DNA of 64,000 bases from an uncultured Bacilli bacterium. GTDB lineage: Bacteria > Bacillota_I > Bacilli_A > RF39 > UBA660. Below are positions 45,930 to 56,896 of the stretch, one piece after another. The notes under the pieces were generated by a model. That model saw only the letters and a list, made by a program, of their open reading frames with translations, had not been told where the DNA came from and did no database searches. The stretch is taken from positions 68,329 to 132,328 of the forward strand of contig CAKOOH010000001.1 of NCBI GenBank assembly GCA_934098485.1. The letters run 5' to 3'. The translations under genes were made by a program, and so were the position numbers. Every line of letters starts with the position of its first letter. The first letter of the stretch is position 1.

Positions 45930-48228
45930 CTCCTAACTTTAATTCTTTTTCGGTAGTTAAATATTCTAAATCTTTATCGGTCACATAACAAACGGATTTA
46001 TAAGGACAAAACTCACAACTTAGGTTAGTGTTACCAAGCATTTTAGGGGCAATTTTAAATTCAGCATTTTTAATATCTTTAATACAATCTTTAATTTTAC
46101 TTTCGGTTAAGTTATATAAATAATTAAAATCATTCGCCGTTAAAATTTTGGCATATTTAGAAAAACCATTTTGGGTCATTTTCATACCTTTAATAAAATC
46201 ACTATTTTCATAAGTGGGATCAAAATCTTTTAGTAATTCTTCATTTCCTAAAGTGTATCCATCTAATTTTAGGTAGTTTTCATAAATTTCAGTTTCATTT
46301 TTTTCAAAGTCACTGGTAATCATAGGTTTTAAAATGTGCTGTAAATATATTCCAACAACTAAAGAATCAGGATATAGTTTTTTTATTAGATATAAATAGC
46401 ATGGCAATTGTAAGTTTAAACCATATTTTGCTAATCTTAAATCGATTTCCGGGTTTCCCGTTTTGTAATCAATTAAAACTACTTTATCTTCGTACATCAT
46501 AATTTTATCAATAATACCGATAAACTTCGTATCATCAATCATTATATTAATATTTTTTTCACATTCAATATTTTGATATTTATTTTGACTAGATAGACTT
46601 TTAATATATTTGATGGCGCCCTTTAATTCTTTCATTATTTTATTAGTGAAAACTTTGTTTTCAGGGGTTAATTCAAATTCGTTATTTTTAATAAACGTTT
46701 CATAAGAACTTTCAAAACTTTTATTTTCGTCATATATTTCTGATAATATATAATGGCATAAAGAACCTAACCAAGCATCAAAAGTACTTTCAAATTTGTT
46801 TAATTTTAAAATATTATCTAAATAATATCTAAAAGGGCACTCATAATAAGTATTCATTTTAGAATAAGATAAGTTAAAATTATAATTTTGTAAATTTACT
46901 TTTTGATATTTATTATTATAAGATTGATATCCTTGATTAGGATATGTTTTTAGTAATACTTCTAAACTAGGACTTTTAAGGTTAAATTTAATATAATCGT
47001 CTAAAATTAAGCCTAAATTATATAAATTACTTTCATGAGAGTGACCACTAGGGCTATAATCAACATTTTTAATTTCTAGATTTAATTCTTTAATAAGAGG
47101 TGATGGCTCAAGAGAACCGCCTAAATTTTGAAGAGCCGCACTAATAAAAAGATTAGGTGTATTATTTAAAATGCTTTCCCAAATAATAATTTCATTGTTA
47201 TTTTTTTCAATAGTATTTTCTAAGTATGAAGGCTTTTCTTTATCATTAATAAAGTCTTCATCTTTATAGACTTTAGGTATATATTCACGGTTAAAATCTA
47301 ATAAGTAAATATACTCATCATTGTTAAAATAATTATCTTTTAATTCTACGATATTAACTGCGTTTTGATATTTAGGATTTTTAAGTTTAGCCGTTTTAAA
47401 TTCTTCCGTTAAAAGATTTTTTATTTCATTTTTATTTTCAATAAAATAATATTCATTTAATATATTAATAATAGCATTTTTTATTTCAGGAGTTTTAACA
47501 AGTGATAAGGCTTTATCTAAGTCGTGCATGTTATTTAAAAAATTTTGGCCATCAATTGTGTCAAAAATGGTTTTTTCATTATTAAAATTTACTTTTAAAT
47601 GATAAAATTTACTAATTTTTTTAATTGTACTTTCATTTTCTTTGTTAACATTAGCAAAAAATACTTTGGAAGGGTTTAAATTTTTATTTAAGATATCATT
47701 AAAAATATAATCTATTTCGTTTTCTATAGTTTTAAAATTTAGAATAATTTCTTTTTTATTTAAAGTATTTTCATGGGAAACGATAGTAACTTTGGCACTT
47801 TTTTCTAATATGCCGATTAATTTTTTTTGATACTTGGTAATTATAGTAAAGCCCCAAAATAAAATTTCTTTATCTTTTATTGTTTCATAAAATAATGGAT
47901 CTTTAATTAGTAACTCATGATTTAAAAGATCATCTTTGATATTTTCTAAATATTTTAATTTTTCATTCTCATAACCTAAATCAAGTAAGTTATATAAGCT
48001 CCTTATGATTTCTTTAGCGTTACTTAGACTTAGATGATAATTTTGATATAAATAATAAATTCCTTTTTTATCATAATCATAAAACATTCTTTTTTTTAGT
48101 TCTTCCATTGTTAAAATTTTTATGTTGTACATTTTATCTAAAGAATTTAAATATTTGATGATTTTTTTCTTTATATTACTGGGAATTATTAATATTAAAT
48201 TGTCGTGTAAATATTGCAATAAATTCAT
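45913..48228 (-). CDS. addB: ATP-dependent helicase/nuclease subunit B (AddB)
   Basis: 771 aa, overlapping the addA start. The C-terminal Cys cluster ..CEFCPYKSVCY is typical of the AddB Fe-S nuclease domain. Confidence 0.8.
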   Translation of the reverse strand: MNLLQYLHDNLILIIPSNIKKKIIKYLNSLDKMYNIKILTMEELKKRMFYDYDKKGIYYLYQNYHLSLSNAKEIIRSLYNLLDLGYENEKLKYLENIKDDLLNHELLIKDPLFYETIKDKEILFWGFTIITKYQKKLIGILEKSAKVTIVSHENTLNKKEIILNFKTIENEIDYIFNDILNKNLNPSKVFFANVNKENESTIKKISKFYHLKVNFNNEKTIFDTIDGQNFLNNMHDLDKALSLVKTPEIKNAIINILNEYYFIENKNEIKNLLTEEFKTAKLKNPKYQNAVNIVELKDNYFNNDEYIYLLDFNREYIPKVYKDEDFINDKEKPSYLENTIEKNNNEIIIWESILNNTPNLFISAALQNLGGSLEPSPLIKELNLEIKNVDYSPSGHSHESNLYNLGLILDDYIKFNLKSPSLEVLLKTYPNQGYQSYNNKYQKVNLQNYNFNLSYSKMNTYYECPFRYYLDNILKLNKFESTFDAWLGSLCHYILSEIYDENKSFESSYETFIKNNEFELTPENKVFTNKIMKELKGAIKYIKSLSSQNKYQNIECEKNINIMIDDTKFIGIIDKIMMYEDKVVLIDYKTGNPEIDLRLAKYGLNLQLPCYLYLIKKLYPDSLVVGIYLQHILKPMITSDFEKNETEIYENYLKLDGYTLGNEELLKDFDPTYENSDFIKGMKMTQNGFSKYAKILTANDFNYLYNLTESKIKDCIKDIKNAEFKIAPKMLGNTNLSCEFCPYKSVCYVTDKDLEYLTTEKELKLGDDIDA

Positions 48229-48328
48229 AATACCACCTTTTAAATTATATCATATGTTATCTTTATTTTATTAAAAACACAAAAAAAGCATATACTTTTT
48301 GGCATATACTTTTAAAGTTATTTTTATT

Positions 48329-48589
48329 TTAAATATTTTTTTCTTTTCCTTTTAAAAATATTTTTTTTACACGAGATATCATACTGGCATCAAAGTTAAG
48401 CGCGACTGTCGTGACAGGTAAATTATATCTTTCGGCAACGTCTATAATAGCTCTAGCAGTTTCGTCATTTTCGGCATTTATAATATAATCATGCCATTCT
48501 TTTTTATTAGAAAAACCACTTTTGATAGCGTCTTCGGTATCTTTTTTTTGTAATAATTTAATCTCTAATTTGTAATCTTCTATATTCAT
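48329..48589 (-). CDS. hypothetical protein (86 aa)
   Basis: ORF only. Confidence 0.35.
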   Translation of the reverse strand: MNIEDYKLEIKLLQKKDTEDAIKSGFSNKKEWHDYIINAENDETARAIIDVAERYNLPVTTVALNFDASMISRVKKIFLKGKEKNI

Positions 48590-48597
48590 AAAACCTC

Positions 48598-49605
48598 CTA
48601 ATCAGGGTAAACTGATGTTAAACCAAAGTAGTTTTCCATCGTTATCCACGAACCACTATTATATAATTTTTTGGCTAAATCTTTACCGACATAACGAATA
48701 TGCCATGGTTCAAATATGTAACCAGTTTCACTTGTTGAACCTTCGGGGTATCTTAATATGTAGCCATATAAATAACAGTTATTGGCAATCCAGATGCCTT
48801 CTTTTGTATCTTTAAAATCCGTTGTTATGGTGTTTAAATCAAAGGCTAAACCAGTTTGATGTTCGGAGTTTCCTGGTCTTGCGGAAGAAGTATCAGCGGC
48901 TGCTTTGCCTTTGCGTTTAACATAACTATTATATAAATCACTTTGATAACTATAAGAGCGATATCCACTTTGAGCCCATAAATTTAAACCGATAGCCTTA
49001 GAATCACTAAGCATTTCATTCCAAGCATTATAGGCATCTTTATCTAGTGGGTCACGCGCAAAGCCACTTGATGGCACGCTTTTATAGGGATTTAGGGGCA
49101 CAAAATTTTCATCTAATTTATAAGTTTTGTTGACAATTAGGTAATTATCAACATAGTAAGCGCCATTTTTGTAAGTAATTGTATAACCTTTACTGCTGGT
49201 ACCAACATAACCTTCTTTAGTGCTAGATTTAGTTGTGGTGGTAGTTTTCTTTGTTGTTAACTTAGCTGTAGTAGTGGTAGTGGTTGTCTTAGCATTGGTT
49301 GTTACACTTGTATTAATTACTTCAGAAGAAACAGTAGTTGCTTCATTAGTATTTTTCTCATTGGATGTTAGTGTAGTTTTAGTAGACGTAGATAAATTAT
49401 TTTTATCATCGCATTTTTTTAATAGTAAGAAGTTAAACGTATTTACGATTAAAATACATATAATTGTTAAAAGAATATTTAATAGTATTTTTTTCTTTTT
49501 TATTTTCTTTAAAATAAGAATACTAATATATAAAAAGCCTAAAACCAAAGAACCATATAAAATTATATTATGAGTTAAATTAAAAACATTATCTTCTAAA
49601 CACAT
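48598..49605 (-). CDS. membrane-anchored VanY-type D,D-carboxypeptidase (M15) with a Thr-rich linker
   Basis: N-terminal TM segment and a TTTTTTAKLTTKKTTTTTK linker. C-terminal ..SGYRSYSYQ..RPGNSEHQTGLAFDL..YGYILRYPEG..EPWHIRYVG. Confidence 0.65.
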   Translation of the reverse strand: MCLEDNVFNLTHNIILYGSLVLGFLYISILILKKIKKKKILLNILLTIICILIVNTFNFLLLKKCDDKNNLSTSTKTTLTSNEKNTNEATTVSSEVINTSVTTNAKTTTTTTTAKLTTKKTTTTTKSSTKEGYVGTSSKGYTITYKNGAYYVDNYLIVNKTYKLDENFVPLNPYKSVPSSGFARDPLDKDAYNAWNEMLSDSKAIGLNLWAQSGYRSYSYQSDLYNSYVKRKGKAAADTSSARPGNSEHQTGLAFDLNTITTDFKDTKEGIWIANNCYLYGYILRYPEGSTSETGYIFEPWHIRYVGKDLAKKLYNSGSWITMENYFGLTSVYPD

Positions 49606-49612
49606 ATCACAC

Positions 49613-50422
49613 CTACTTTATATTAAATTTAATGCTGTTTGTTTCTAAAAATTCCATAATTGTTTGGGAATTTATAGCATAACCTAAAGTTAATTTTAGA
49701 TCTTTAGAAGCATTTAAAGTTTTAGAGCCTACTAACATACCTAAAATATAACCATTTTTATCAGCTACAATGCCGCCACTTTGTCCGGGAAGAGCAGGAT
49801 TAGATGTTTCAAACATGGAAATAACTTCATTATCGCTGGCAATATTACGAGTAATAATTCCTTCAGTGGGAAAAATGGGGAAGTTCATTATTTTATTTGT
49901 CGTTTTTATTACGCATTCATTCTCATCATAGGAAAAAGCATCATATTCAGGAAAAGCAAATCCGATATTACAAATACTAGTACCTATTTGAGGGATTTCT
50001 TTAGAAAATACCGGAAAATTCTTAACATGAACTTTATTAACTTTTTCAGATTTTATAATAGCTAAATCTAATTCAGGATGTTTTATAATATCAATTTTTC
50101 CTTCTATATTAGCTGTATCAACAATAATATTGTGCATTGCAACGACAGTATCATTAGTAATACCATATTTCTTTTCGATTTTTTTAATTTGTCTAGGACT
50201 TTTTTCTTTTAATTCTTTTAAAATAGGATTGTATACTTCACCAATTTCTTCAGAAAGTAAAATTAAATCAGCATTACTTGCGGTAGTTAAAATATCACCA
50301 TCTTCATTTAGAACAATCATGGTAGAAATATAATTATTTAAATGATCACTATTATAAAATAAACGAGCGGTTATAATTGGTCTTAAAAAATTAACAGCGT
50401 TTTTAATTGCTACTTTAAACAT
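49613..50422 (-). CDS. trypsin-like serine protease (S1 family)
   Basis: The catalytic Ser motif appears as PGQSGGIV. The product is 269 aa. Confidence 0.5.
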   Translation of the reverse strand: MFKVAIKNAVNFLRPIITARLFYNSDHLNNYISTMIVLNEDGDILTTASNADLILLSEEIGEVYNPILKELKEKSPRQIKKIEKKYGITNDTVVAMHNIIVDTANIEGKIDIIKHPELDLAIIKSEKVNKVHVKNFPVFSKEIPQIGTSICNIGFAFPEYDAFSYDENECVIKTTNKIMNFPIFPTEGIITRNIASDNEVISMFETSNPALPGQSGGIVADKNGYILGMLVGSKTLNASKDLKLTLGYAINSQTIMEFLETNSIKFNIK

Positions 50423-50515
50423 ATTATCACCTTTTTAATTATAGCACGGATAATATATAACTTAAAGTTTTTGTAGATTAATAATTTTAAATAAAGATTG
50501 GAAAATAAAAAGAAA

Positions 50516-50710
50516 CTACTTGGTTTCTTTGATAATCTTATATAGGCCTAATAACTCGATAGCAAGAGATAATATTAATAAAGCAAAACAGTAAGTATCA
50601 CTTATTTCAACATAACGATTTACTAATAATGATATTATTAAAAATATGGCGCCCATAAATAAAATTAATAAACCTGTATTTTTCTTTTTTTCCTTTTTCA
50701 TAGCTTCCAC
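50516..50710 (-). CDS. small membrane protein (64 aa)
   Basis: Two hydrophobic helices. ORF only. Confidence 0.3.
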   Translation of the reverse strand: MEAMKKEKKKNTGLLILFMGAIFLIISLLVNRYVEISDTYCFALLILSLAIELLGLYKIIKETK

Positions 50711-50763
50711 CCTTTGTTAAAAATATTATAGCATTTTATAAAAACACTTTTAAGAAGAAAAGA

Positions 50764-51285
50764 TTGATTTTACACTTATTTTATATTATAAATAGATTTG
50801 GTGATTTGATGCAAAAAATAATAATTAATGAAGAAAATCTTAAAGAGGAAGAAATAAACACTAAAATTGGTAAAATATATATAATTTTAGTTAATGAAAA
50901 AGATGAAGTTTTTTTAGAAAAAAGACATAATACATATCACTTTATAGATGGATATATTAATAAAGAAGGTAATATAGATGATTTAGTTATGATGATAATA
51001 AAAGATAAAACAAATATTGAAAAAATAAAAACAATAAAACCATTTTTACTTAAAGAAGAATATATTAGTGATTATCCAACAATTAATGATAAAACTTTGT
51101 ATTATTCATATTATTATTTTGCTAGTTATGAGGGTAAGGAAAATCATGTTGTTTGGAAAGAATCTTCAGAATATGAATATATTTCTTTTAAAAATCTTAA
51201 AAATACTTTAGAAAGTAACCGTTATGATAATCCGAGAAATCAAATGACAGTAAAGGAAATGATAGATGTAATAGAGTATATATAA
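50764..51285 (+). CDS. hypothetical protein (alternative start ATG 50809)
   Basis: ORF only. Possible distant NUDIX-like fold; not supported by motifs. Confidence 0.35.
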   Translation: MILHLFYIINRFGDLMQKIIINEENLKEEEINTKIGKIYIILVNEKDEVFLEKRHNTYHFIDGYINKEGNIDDLVMMIIKDKTNIEKIKTIKPFLLKEEYISDYPTINDKTLYYSYYYFASYEGKENHVVWKESSEYEYISFKNLKNTLESNRYDNPRNQMTVKEMIDVIEYI

Positions 51286-51335
51286 ATATTCCTTTTATTA
51301 TTTTCTTTTTTTTATTATAATGATAAAGATGAAGA

Positions 51336-52781
51336 ATGAAAAAATTTTTAAAAAGCAATTATAAATATATATTTAGTTTTATTTTACTTTTTGTAATTAG
51401 TTACTTTTTTCCTTATACTGCCGATGATTTTTATTGGGGATCTAAAAGTTTAAACATAAAAGAATTTATTAATATAAGTAAGGATATTTATTTAAACGGA
51501 AGATATTTGGGTGATTTTTTTGCAATTATAATGGTAAAATCAAGAATTTTTAGAAGCTTAATTGTAAGTTTAGTAATAAATTTAATAATTTATTTAATAA
51601 GTAAAAAAGAAAATGTTAAATTTTGGTTAGTAGGATTATTGTTTTTAGCGATATTTCCTCTTGTTTTGGCACAGTCAGTTGTTTGGACTAGTGGCTTTGC
51701 TAATTATGGATTATCGGCACTTTTAGTAATTTATTTGTATTATGAAAAGGATAATTTAATTAATTCTACGAGTAGAAAATATCATGTGATTCACGGTTTA
51801 CTAGTATTTTTGGGACAGTTCTTTTTGGAGAATATTTCAATATTTGTTGTATGCTACTTTATATATTTAAATATTATTAGTTATAAGAAAAATAAAAAAA
51901 TAAATGTGACATTGATTGTCTATTTGATAATATCTTTTATAGGTTTAATACTGATGTTTAGTCATCCATCATATGTATCATCACTAGCAGTGGGTGGTAA
52001 TGGTTATAAAAAAATTAATTATAGATTTACTGATGTTACGAGTAGAATATTTGACAACTATTCGAGAATTTGTAAGTATATATTTGTTTTTTCATTTGTT
52101 TGTACTTTTATTTTAACATTAATTCTTTTTATTAAAGATAAGAAAAAGAACTTTAACAATAAAAAGATTAATTTGGTATTTCATATCTATAACTTTGCCT
52201 TTTGTTTATATTCCTTAATTTTTTGTTTATTATTTTTAGCACAGGAATTTAGTTTGGTAAATTCAATTCTTAGTACTTTATTTATTATAAATATAATTTA
52301 TTTTATGATTCGTCTTTATAAAAAAGAAAAAGATTTATGGGAAATTTTAATGATGATTATTATGATAATTTTACCACTTTCGATTGTACAGCCAATAGGA
52401 GCAAGAAACTTTTTTATAATAAATCTTTTAGAAATAATTTTTATAATTAAACTTAATAATAAAGAAAAAGTATTTACTATGGATAAAGAGTTCCTTTGTA
52501 AATATTTGAAATTTATTTTGGGATTATTAATATGTTATCTATCATTTATTTATGTATATTTAGGCATTTTGGATTTTAAAAGAAATAATTATATAAAAGA
52601 AGAAGTGAATAAAGGAAGCACAAATATCAAAGTATTTAAGTATCCTTTTGCTAATTATGTATGGCGAAGTGAGTTAGATGGTGAATACTTTGGTGGCTAT
52701 TATAATAAGTTCTATGGATATAGTAATGAAGTAAAATATGATAATATTTCATTAAATGAATGGCGCAAATTAACTAAATAA
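51336..52781 (+). CDS. polytopic integral membrane protein (at least 10 TM), function unknown
   Basis: 481-aa hydrophobic protein with aromatic-rich loops. Confidence 0.45.
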   Translation: MKKFLKSNYKYIFSFILLFVISYFFPYTADDFYWGSKSLNIKEFINISKDIYLNGRYLGDFFAIIMVKSRIFRSLIVSLVINLIIYLISKKENVKFWLVGLLFLAIFPLVLAQSVVWTSGFANYGLSALLVIYLYYEKDNLINSTSRKYHVIHGLLVFLGQFFLENISIFVVCYFIYLNIISYKKNKKINVTLIVYLIISFIGLILMFSHPSYVSSLAVGGNGYKKINYRFTDVTSRIFDNYSRICKYIFVFSFVCTFILTLILFIKDKKKNFNNKKINLVFHIYNFAFCLYSLIFCLLFLAQEFSLVNSILSTLFIINIIYFMIRLYKKEKDLWEILMMIIMIILPLSIVQPIGARNFFIINLLEIIFIIKLNNKEKVFTMDKEFLCKYLKFILGLLICYLSFIYVYLGILDFKRNNYIKEEVNKGSTNIKVFKYPFANYVWRSELDGEYFGGYYNKFYGYSNEVKYDNISLNEWRKLTK

Positions 52782-52852
52782 TTATTTTTAGCACTTGATA
52801 TTGACAAGTGCTATTTTTAGTGTTAAAACTATAATTAGAAAAGAGGAATATT

Positions 52853-54736
52853 ATGAAGAAAAGAGAGTTTAAATCATCATCAAAAAAAGTTTTGGATATG
52901 ATGATTAATTCAATATATACAAATAAAGATATATTTTTAAGAGAACTTATTTCTAATGCGAGTGATGCTTTAGATAAATTATCTTATTTAGCCCTTACAG
53001 ATAAAAGTATTAATATATTACCTAGCAGTTTAGAAATTAATATTAAAGCAAATAAGGAAGACAGAACACTTACAATAAGTGATAATGGACTTGGCATGAA
53101 TGAAGAAGATTTAGAAAACAATTTAGGAACAATCGCAGAATCTGGTTCATTAAAATTTAAAGAAGATAATAAAGATAGCAAAGATGCCGAGATAATTGGT
53201 CAATTTGGAGTTGGTTTTTATTCAGCATTTATGGTGGCTAAAAAGGTGGAAGTTTTTTCTAGAAAATACAATGAAAGTGAAGGGTTTTTATGGTCTAGTG
53301 AAGGCGCCGATGGTTACACAATAAGTAAGTGTGCTAAAGAAAATATAGGAACAACTATAAAATTATATTTAAAAGATGATACAGATGAAGAAAATTATAC
53401 AAATTATTTAGAAGAGTATACGATTAGAAGTATTATTAAAAAATATAGTGATTATATAAAATACCCAATAAAGATGGAAGTAACTAATAAAGTTTTAAAA
53501 GAAGGATCAAAAGATGAATATGAAACTGTTATAGAAAATCAAACGATTAATTCAATGATTCCTTTATGGAAAAAAGAAAAAAAAGATATTACTAATGAAG
53601 AATATGAAAATTTTTATTCATCAAGATTTAATGATTATGAAAAACCTCTTAAAGTATTACATAATACTGTAGAAGGGAATGTTTCTTATAAGTCATTATT
53701 GTTTATACCTTCTCATGCACCATTTGATTACTATTATAAAGATTTTAAAAAAGGATTAGAACTTTATACAAATGGGGTAATGATTATGGAAAAGTGTGAA
53801 GAATTACTTCCTGATTATTATAGTTTTGTTAAAGGCGTAGTAGATTCTCAAGATTTAAGTTTAAATATTTCAAGAGAAACTTTACAAAATGATAGACATG
53901 TTTTAGCTATTGCAAAAACTTTGGAAACGAGAATTCATAATGAACTTTTAGATATGTTGAAAAAAGATTTTGATAATTATAAGAAATTTTTTGATGCTTT
54001 TGGTTCACAAATAAAATATGGTGTTTATAATATGTATGGCGTAAATAAAGATAAATTAAAAGATTTATTAATATTTTATTCATCAAAAAACGAAAAATTT
54101 ATAACTTTAGAAGATTATGTTAATAGCATGGATGAAAAACAAGAAAATATTTACTATGCATGTGGTGAAACAATTGATAAAATAAATCTACTTCCGCAAG
54201 TAGAACAAGTAAAGAAGAAAAATTATGATATTTTATATTTAACTGATTATTTAGATGAATTTGTTTTAGGTGTTTTAAATGAATTTAATGGTAAGAAATT
54301 TAAGAATGTTGCTGATAGTTCTTTAGAATTAGATACCGAAGAAGAAAAAGAAGCATTAAATAAAATAAATGAAGATAATAAAGAGATGCTTGATGTAATT
54401 AAGAAAGAACTTGGTGAAGATGTAGAACGCGTAAGATTTACCAATAAACTAGCAACGCATCCGGTATGTTTAACAACCGAAGGTGAAGTAAGCGTGGAAA
54501 TGCAGAAGGTTATTAATGCAATGCCGGGTGATGATAAAGTTAAAGCCAAAATGGTTTTAGAAATAAATGAAAATCATCCAATTAGTGATAAGCTTAAAGA
54601 TTTATATAAAAATGATAAAGATGAGCTTAGAAAGTACGCTAAAGTATTGTACTCTGAGGCTCGTTTAATAGAAGGTTTATCAATTGACAATCCAACAGAA
54701 ATATCCAATTTAATTTGTGATTTATTATCCAAATAA
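52853..54736 (+). CDS. htpG: molecular chaperone HtpG (Hsp90)
   Basis: N-terminal motifs FLRELISNASDALDKL and GQFGVGFYSAFMVA. Confidence 0.9.
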   Translation: MKKREFKSSSKKVLDMMINSIYTNKDIFLRELISNASDALDKLSYLALTDKSINILPSSLEINIKANKEDRTLTISDNGLGMNEEDLENNLGTIAESGSLKFKEDNKDSKDAEIIGQFGVGFYSAFMVAKKVEVFSRKYNESEGFLWSSEGADGYTISKCAKENIGTTIKLYLKDDTDEENYTNYLEEYTIRSIIKKYSDYIKYPIKMEVTNKVLKEGSKDEYETVIENQTINSMIPLWKKEKKDITNEEYENFYSSRFNDYEKPLKVLHNTVEGNVSYKSLLFIPSHAPFDYYYKDFKKGLELYTNGVMIMEKCEELLPDYYSFVKGVVDSQDLSLNISRETLQNDRHVLAIAKTLETRIHNELLDMLKKDFDNYKKFFDAFGSQIKYGVYNMYGVNKDKLKDLLIFYSSKNEKFITLEDYVNSMDEKQENIYYACGETIDKINLLPQVEQVKKKNYDILYLTDYLDEFVLGVLNEFNGKKFKNVADSSLELDTEEEKEALNKINEDNKEMLDVIKKELGEDVERVRFTNKLATHPVCLTTEGEVSVEMQKVINAMPGDDKVKAKMVLEINENHPISDKLKDLYKNDKDELRKYAKVLYSEARLIEGLSIDNPTEISNLICDLLSK

Positions 54737-54795
54737 ATTGGATTTTTTTAGTGTTATTATTGACAAATATATGTTCGATATTATATACTGGTTTT

Positions 54796-55998
54796 ATGAG
54801 AGAAAATAAGATAGCAAAATTAATTATTCTTTTACTAATTATTAGTTTTTTATGGGGATGTAGTAATAAAAAAGAAGAGGAAAATCCTTCTCTTACAAAG
54901 ATAACTGTAAAAATTAATAGTTTTGAATATGCAGAGAGAAAAAATAATTCTATTCTAGATGCCTTGGATATAACCGATGGTGAATTTATTAATGCAGAAG
55001 ATAAGATAAATACATTAGTTTTAGGAGAACATACAGTTAATGTTAAATATAAAAATAGTAATGGGAAAACACAAAAATATAAATATGTTTATACTGTAAA
55101 AGATACAACAAAACCAATGATATTACATAGAAGTGTATTTAATGTAAATGTGGGAAGTAATCCAGATATTTTAAGTCAAATAATTTGTGGAGATAATTAT
55201 GATAGTAATTTGGTGTGTGAAATAGAAGGAGAATATGATTTTAATAAAATAGGGGAATATAAAGTTTATTTTACAGCAAAAGATAGTAGTGGGAATTTAA
55301 CAAAATCACCATTTAAAATTGTTGTTAAAGAAAAACAGGAATCTAATAGCTCTAATAATACACCTGTAAAGGGCAAAGATATAGCAGACTTTATAAAAAA
55401 ATATAAAAGTGATAATAATGAAATTGGCATTGATGTATCTACGTGGCAGGGTGATGTTGATTATGAAAAAGTTAAAAATGCTGGGATAGATTTTGTATTT
55501 ATAAGATTAGGCTTTGCTAGTAAAGATGGAAAAATTACTTTAGATAATAAGTTTAAACAGAATCTAAAAAATGCTAAAGAGGCAGGATTAAAAGTTGGGG
55601 TTTATTTTTATTCAAAGGCATCAACAATAATGATGGCAAAAGAGCAGGCAAAATATGTAATTGATGCTTTAGATGGAGAAGAACTTTCTTTACCAATTGC
55701 TTTTGACTGGGAGTGCTGGAATGATTTTAATAGTTTTCATATTAGTTATACTGATTTAAATTTAATTGCTGAAGAATTTATAAAAACCGTTCAAGAGGCT
55801 GGATATATTGGCATGAATTATGGCAGTGCTTCGTATTTAGAAAAGGTTTGGTTTATAGATGAGTATCCGGTATGGATGGCACATTATACGACAAAAACTG
55901 ATTTTAAAAAAGAGTATTATATATGGCAAGCAAGTAATGTGGGAGTAGTACCAGGGATTGACGGATTTGTGGATTTAGATGTATCATATATTAAATAA
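54796..55998 (+). CDS. lipoprotein with Ig-like domains and a C-terminal GH25 muramidase (lysozyme) domain
   Basis: Lipobox LWGCSN. GH25 motifs GIDVSTWQGDVDYEKVKNAGIDFVFIRLG and ..DGFVDLDVSY. The start was moved to ATG 54796 because the track's start lies inside the promoter TTGACA-..-TATACT. Confidence 0.65.
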   Translation: MRENKIAKLIILLLIISFLWGCSNKKEEENPSLTKITVKINSFEYAERKNNSILDALDITDGEFINAEDKINTLVLGEHTVNVKYKNSNGKTQKYKYVYTVKDTTKPMILHRSVFNVNVGSNPDILSQIICGDNYDSNLVCEIEGEYDFNKIGEYKVYFTAKDSSGNLTKSPFKIVVKEKQESNSSNNTPVKGKDIADFIKKYKSDNNEIGIDVSTWQGDVDYEKVKNAGIDFVFIRLGFASKDGKITLDNKFKQNLKNAKEAGLKVGVYFYSKASTIMMAKEQAKYVIDALDGEELSLPIAFDWECWNDFNSFHISYTDLNLIAEEFIKTVQEAGYIGMNYGSASYLEKVWFIDEYPVWMAHYTTKTDFKKEYYIWQASNVGVVPGIDGFVDLDVSYIK

Positions 55999-56000
55999 TA

Positions 56001-56891
56001 ATGGAGGAAAAAATGAAATCAAAAGTATATTTTATTAGAGAAATAAATGAAGATAATTTAGTTAAATTATATGATTTATTAAATATTAACTTAGAAGGTA
56101 ATGTGGCGGTAAAAGTGCATTCTGGTGAAAAAGGAAATCAAAACTTTTTAAAACCACCATTTTATGAGAAAATTATAAATAGAGTAAATGGTACGATTGT
56201 AGAATGCAATACAGCTTATGATGGTGCAAGAAATACAACATCGAAGCATCAAGAATTAATGAATGAACATGGCTGGACAAAATATTATGATGTTGACATT
56301 ATGGATAAAGACGGTGATAAAACATTAGATATTCCAAATGGCAAAATAATTAAGGAAAATTATGTTGGTAAGGATATAGATAATTATGATTCAATGCTAG
56401 TAGTAAGCCATTTTAAAGGACATCCAATGGGCGGTTACGGTGGAGCATTAAAGCAATTATCTATTGGAGTTGCTTCTTCTAATGGAAAAGCATATATTCA
56501 TTCAGCAGGTAAAATTAAAAATCAAAAAGAATTATGGGAAAATATTGCTCCACAAAATGATTTTTTAGAAGCAATGGCGGATGCTGCTTCTAGCGTTTGT
56601 AAATTATTTAAAAATAAAATTGCATTTATAAATGTAATGGCAAATATGAGTGTTGACTGTGATTGCTGCGCAGTGGCGGAAGATCCTTGTTTAAAAGATA
56701 TTGGTATTTTAGCAAGTTTAGATCCTGTTGCGATAGATAAGGCTTGTTTGGATTTAGTAATAAATAGTGAAGATGAGGGAAAAGAACATTTCTTAGAAAG
56801 AGTAAATTCTAGAAATGGTATGCATATTTTAGAAGCAGCTGAAGAACTTGAAGTAGGAACAACTGATTACGAGCTAATTGAGGTTAAATAA
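56001..56891 (+). CDS. DUF362-domain protein
   Basis: N-terminal MEEKMKSKVYFIREINEDNLVKLYDLL. The C-terminal Cys cluster VDCDCCAVAEDPC is typical of the DUF362 family. Confidence 0.55.
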   Translation: MEEKMKSKVYFIREINEDNLVKLYDLLNINLEGNVAVKVHSGEKGNQNFLKPPFYEKIINRVNGTIVECNTAYDGARNTTSKHQELMNEHGWTKYYDVDIMDKDGDKTLDIPNGKIIKENYVGKDIDNYDSMLVVSHFKGHPMGGYGGALKQLSIGVASSNGKAYIHSAGKIKNQKELWENIAPQNDFLEAMADAASSVCKLFKNKIAFINVMANMSVDCDCCAVAEDPCLKDIGILASLDPVAIDKACLDLVINSEDEGKEHFLERVNSRNGMHILEAAEELEVGTTDYELIEVK

Positions 56892-56896
56892 TTATT

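Noticed and set aside
48615-49573. Plus-strand ORFs (66 aa and 117 aa) antisense to the VanY gene, including a poly-Val run
   Set aside because: The poly-Val/Leu product is just the reverse complement of the Thr-rich linker codons (ACN repeats). Not a gene.
49781-50333. Plus-strand 94-aa and 67-aa ORFs inside the S1 protease gene
   Set aside because: Antisense chance ORFs.
52984-54549. Minus-strand 65-aa and 100-aa ORFs inside htpG
   Set aside because: Antisense to a highly conserved chaperone gene, and Ser/Leu-rich.
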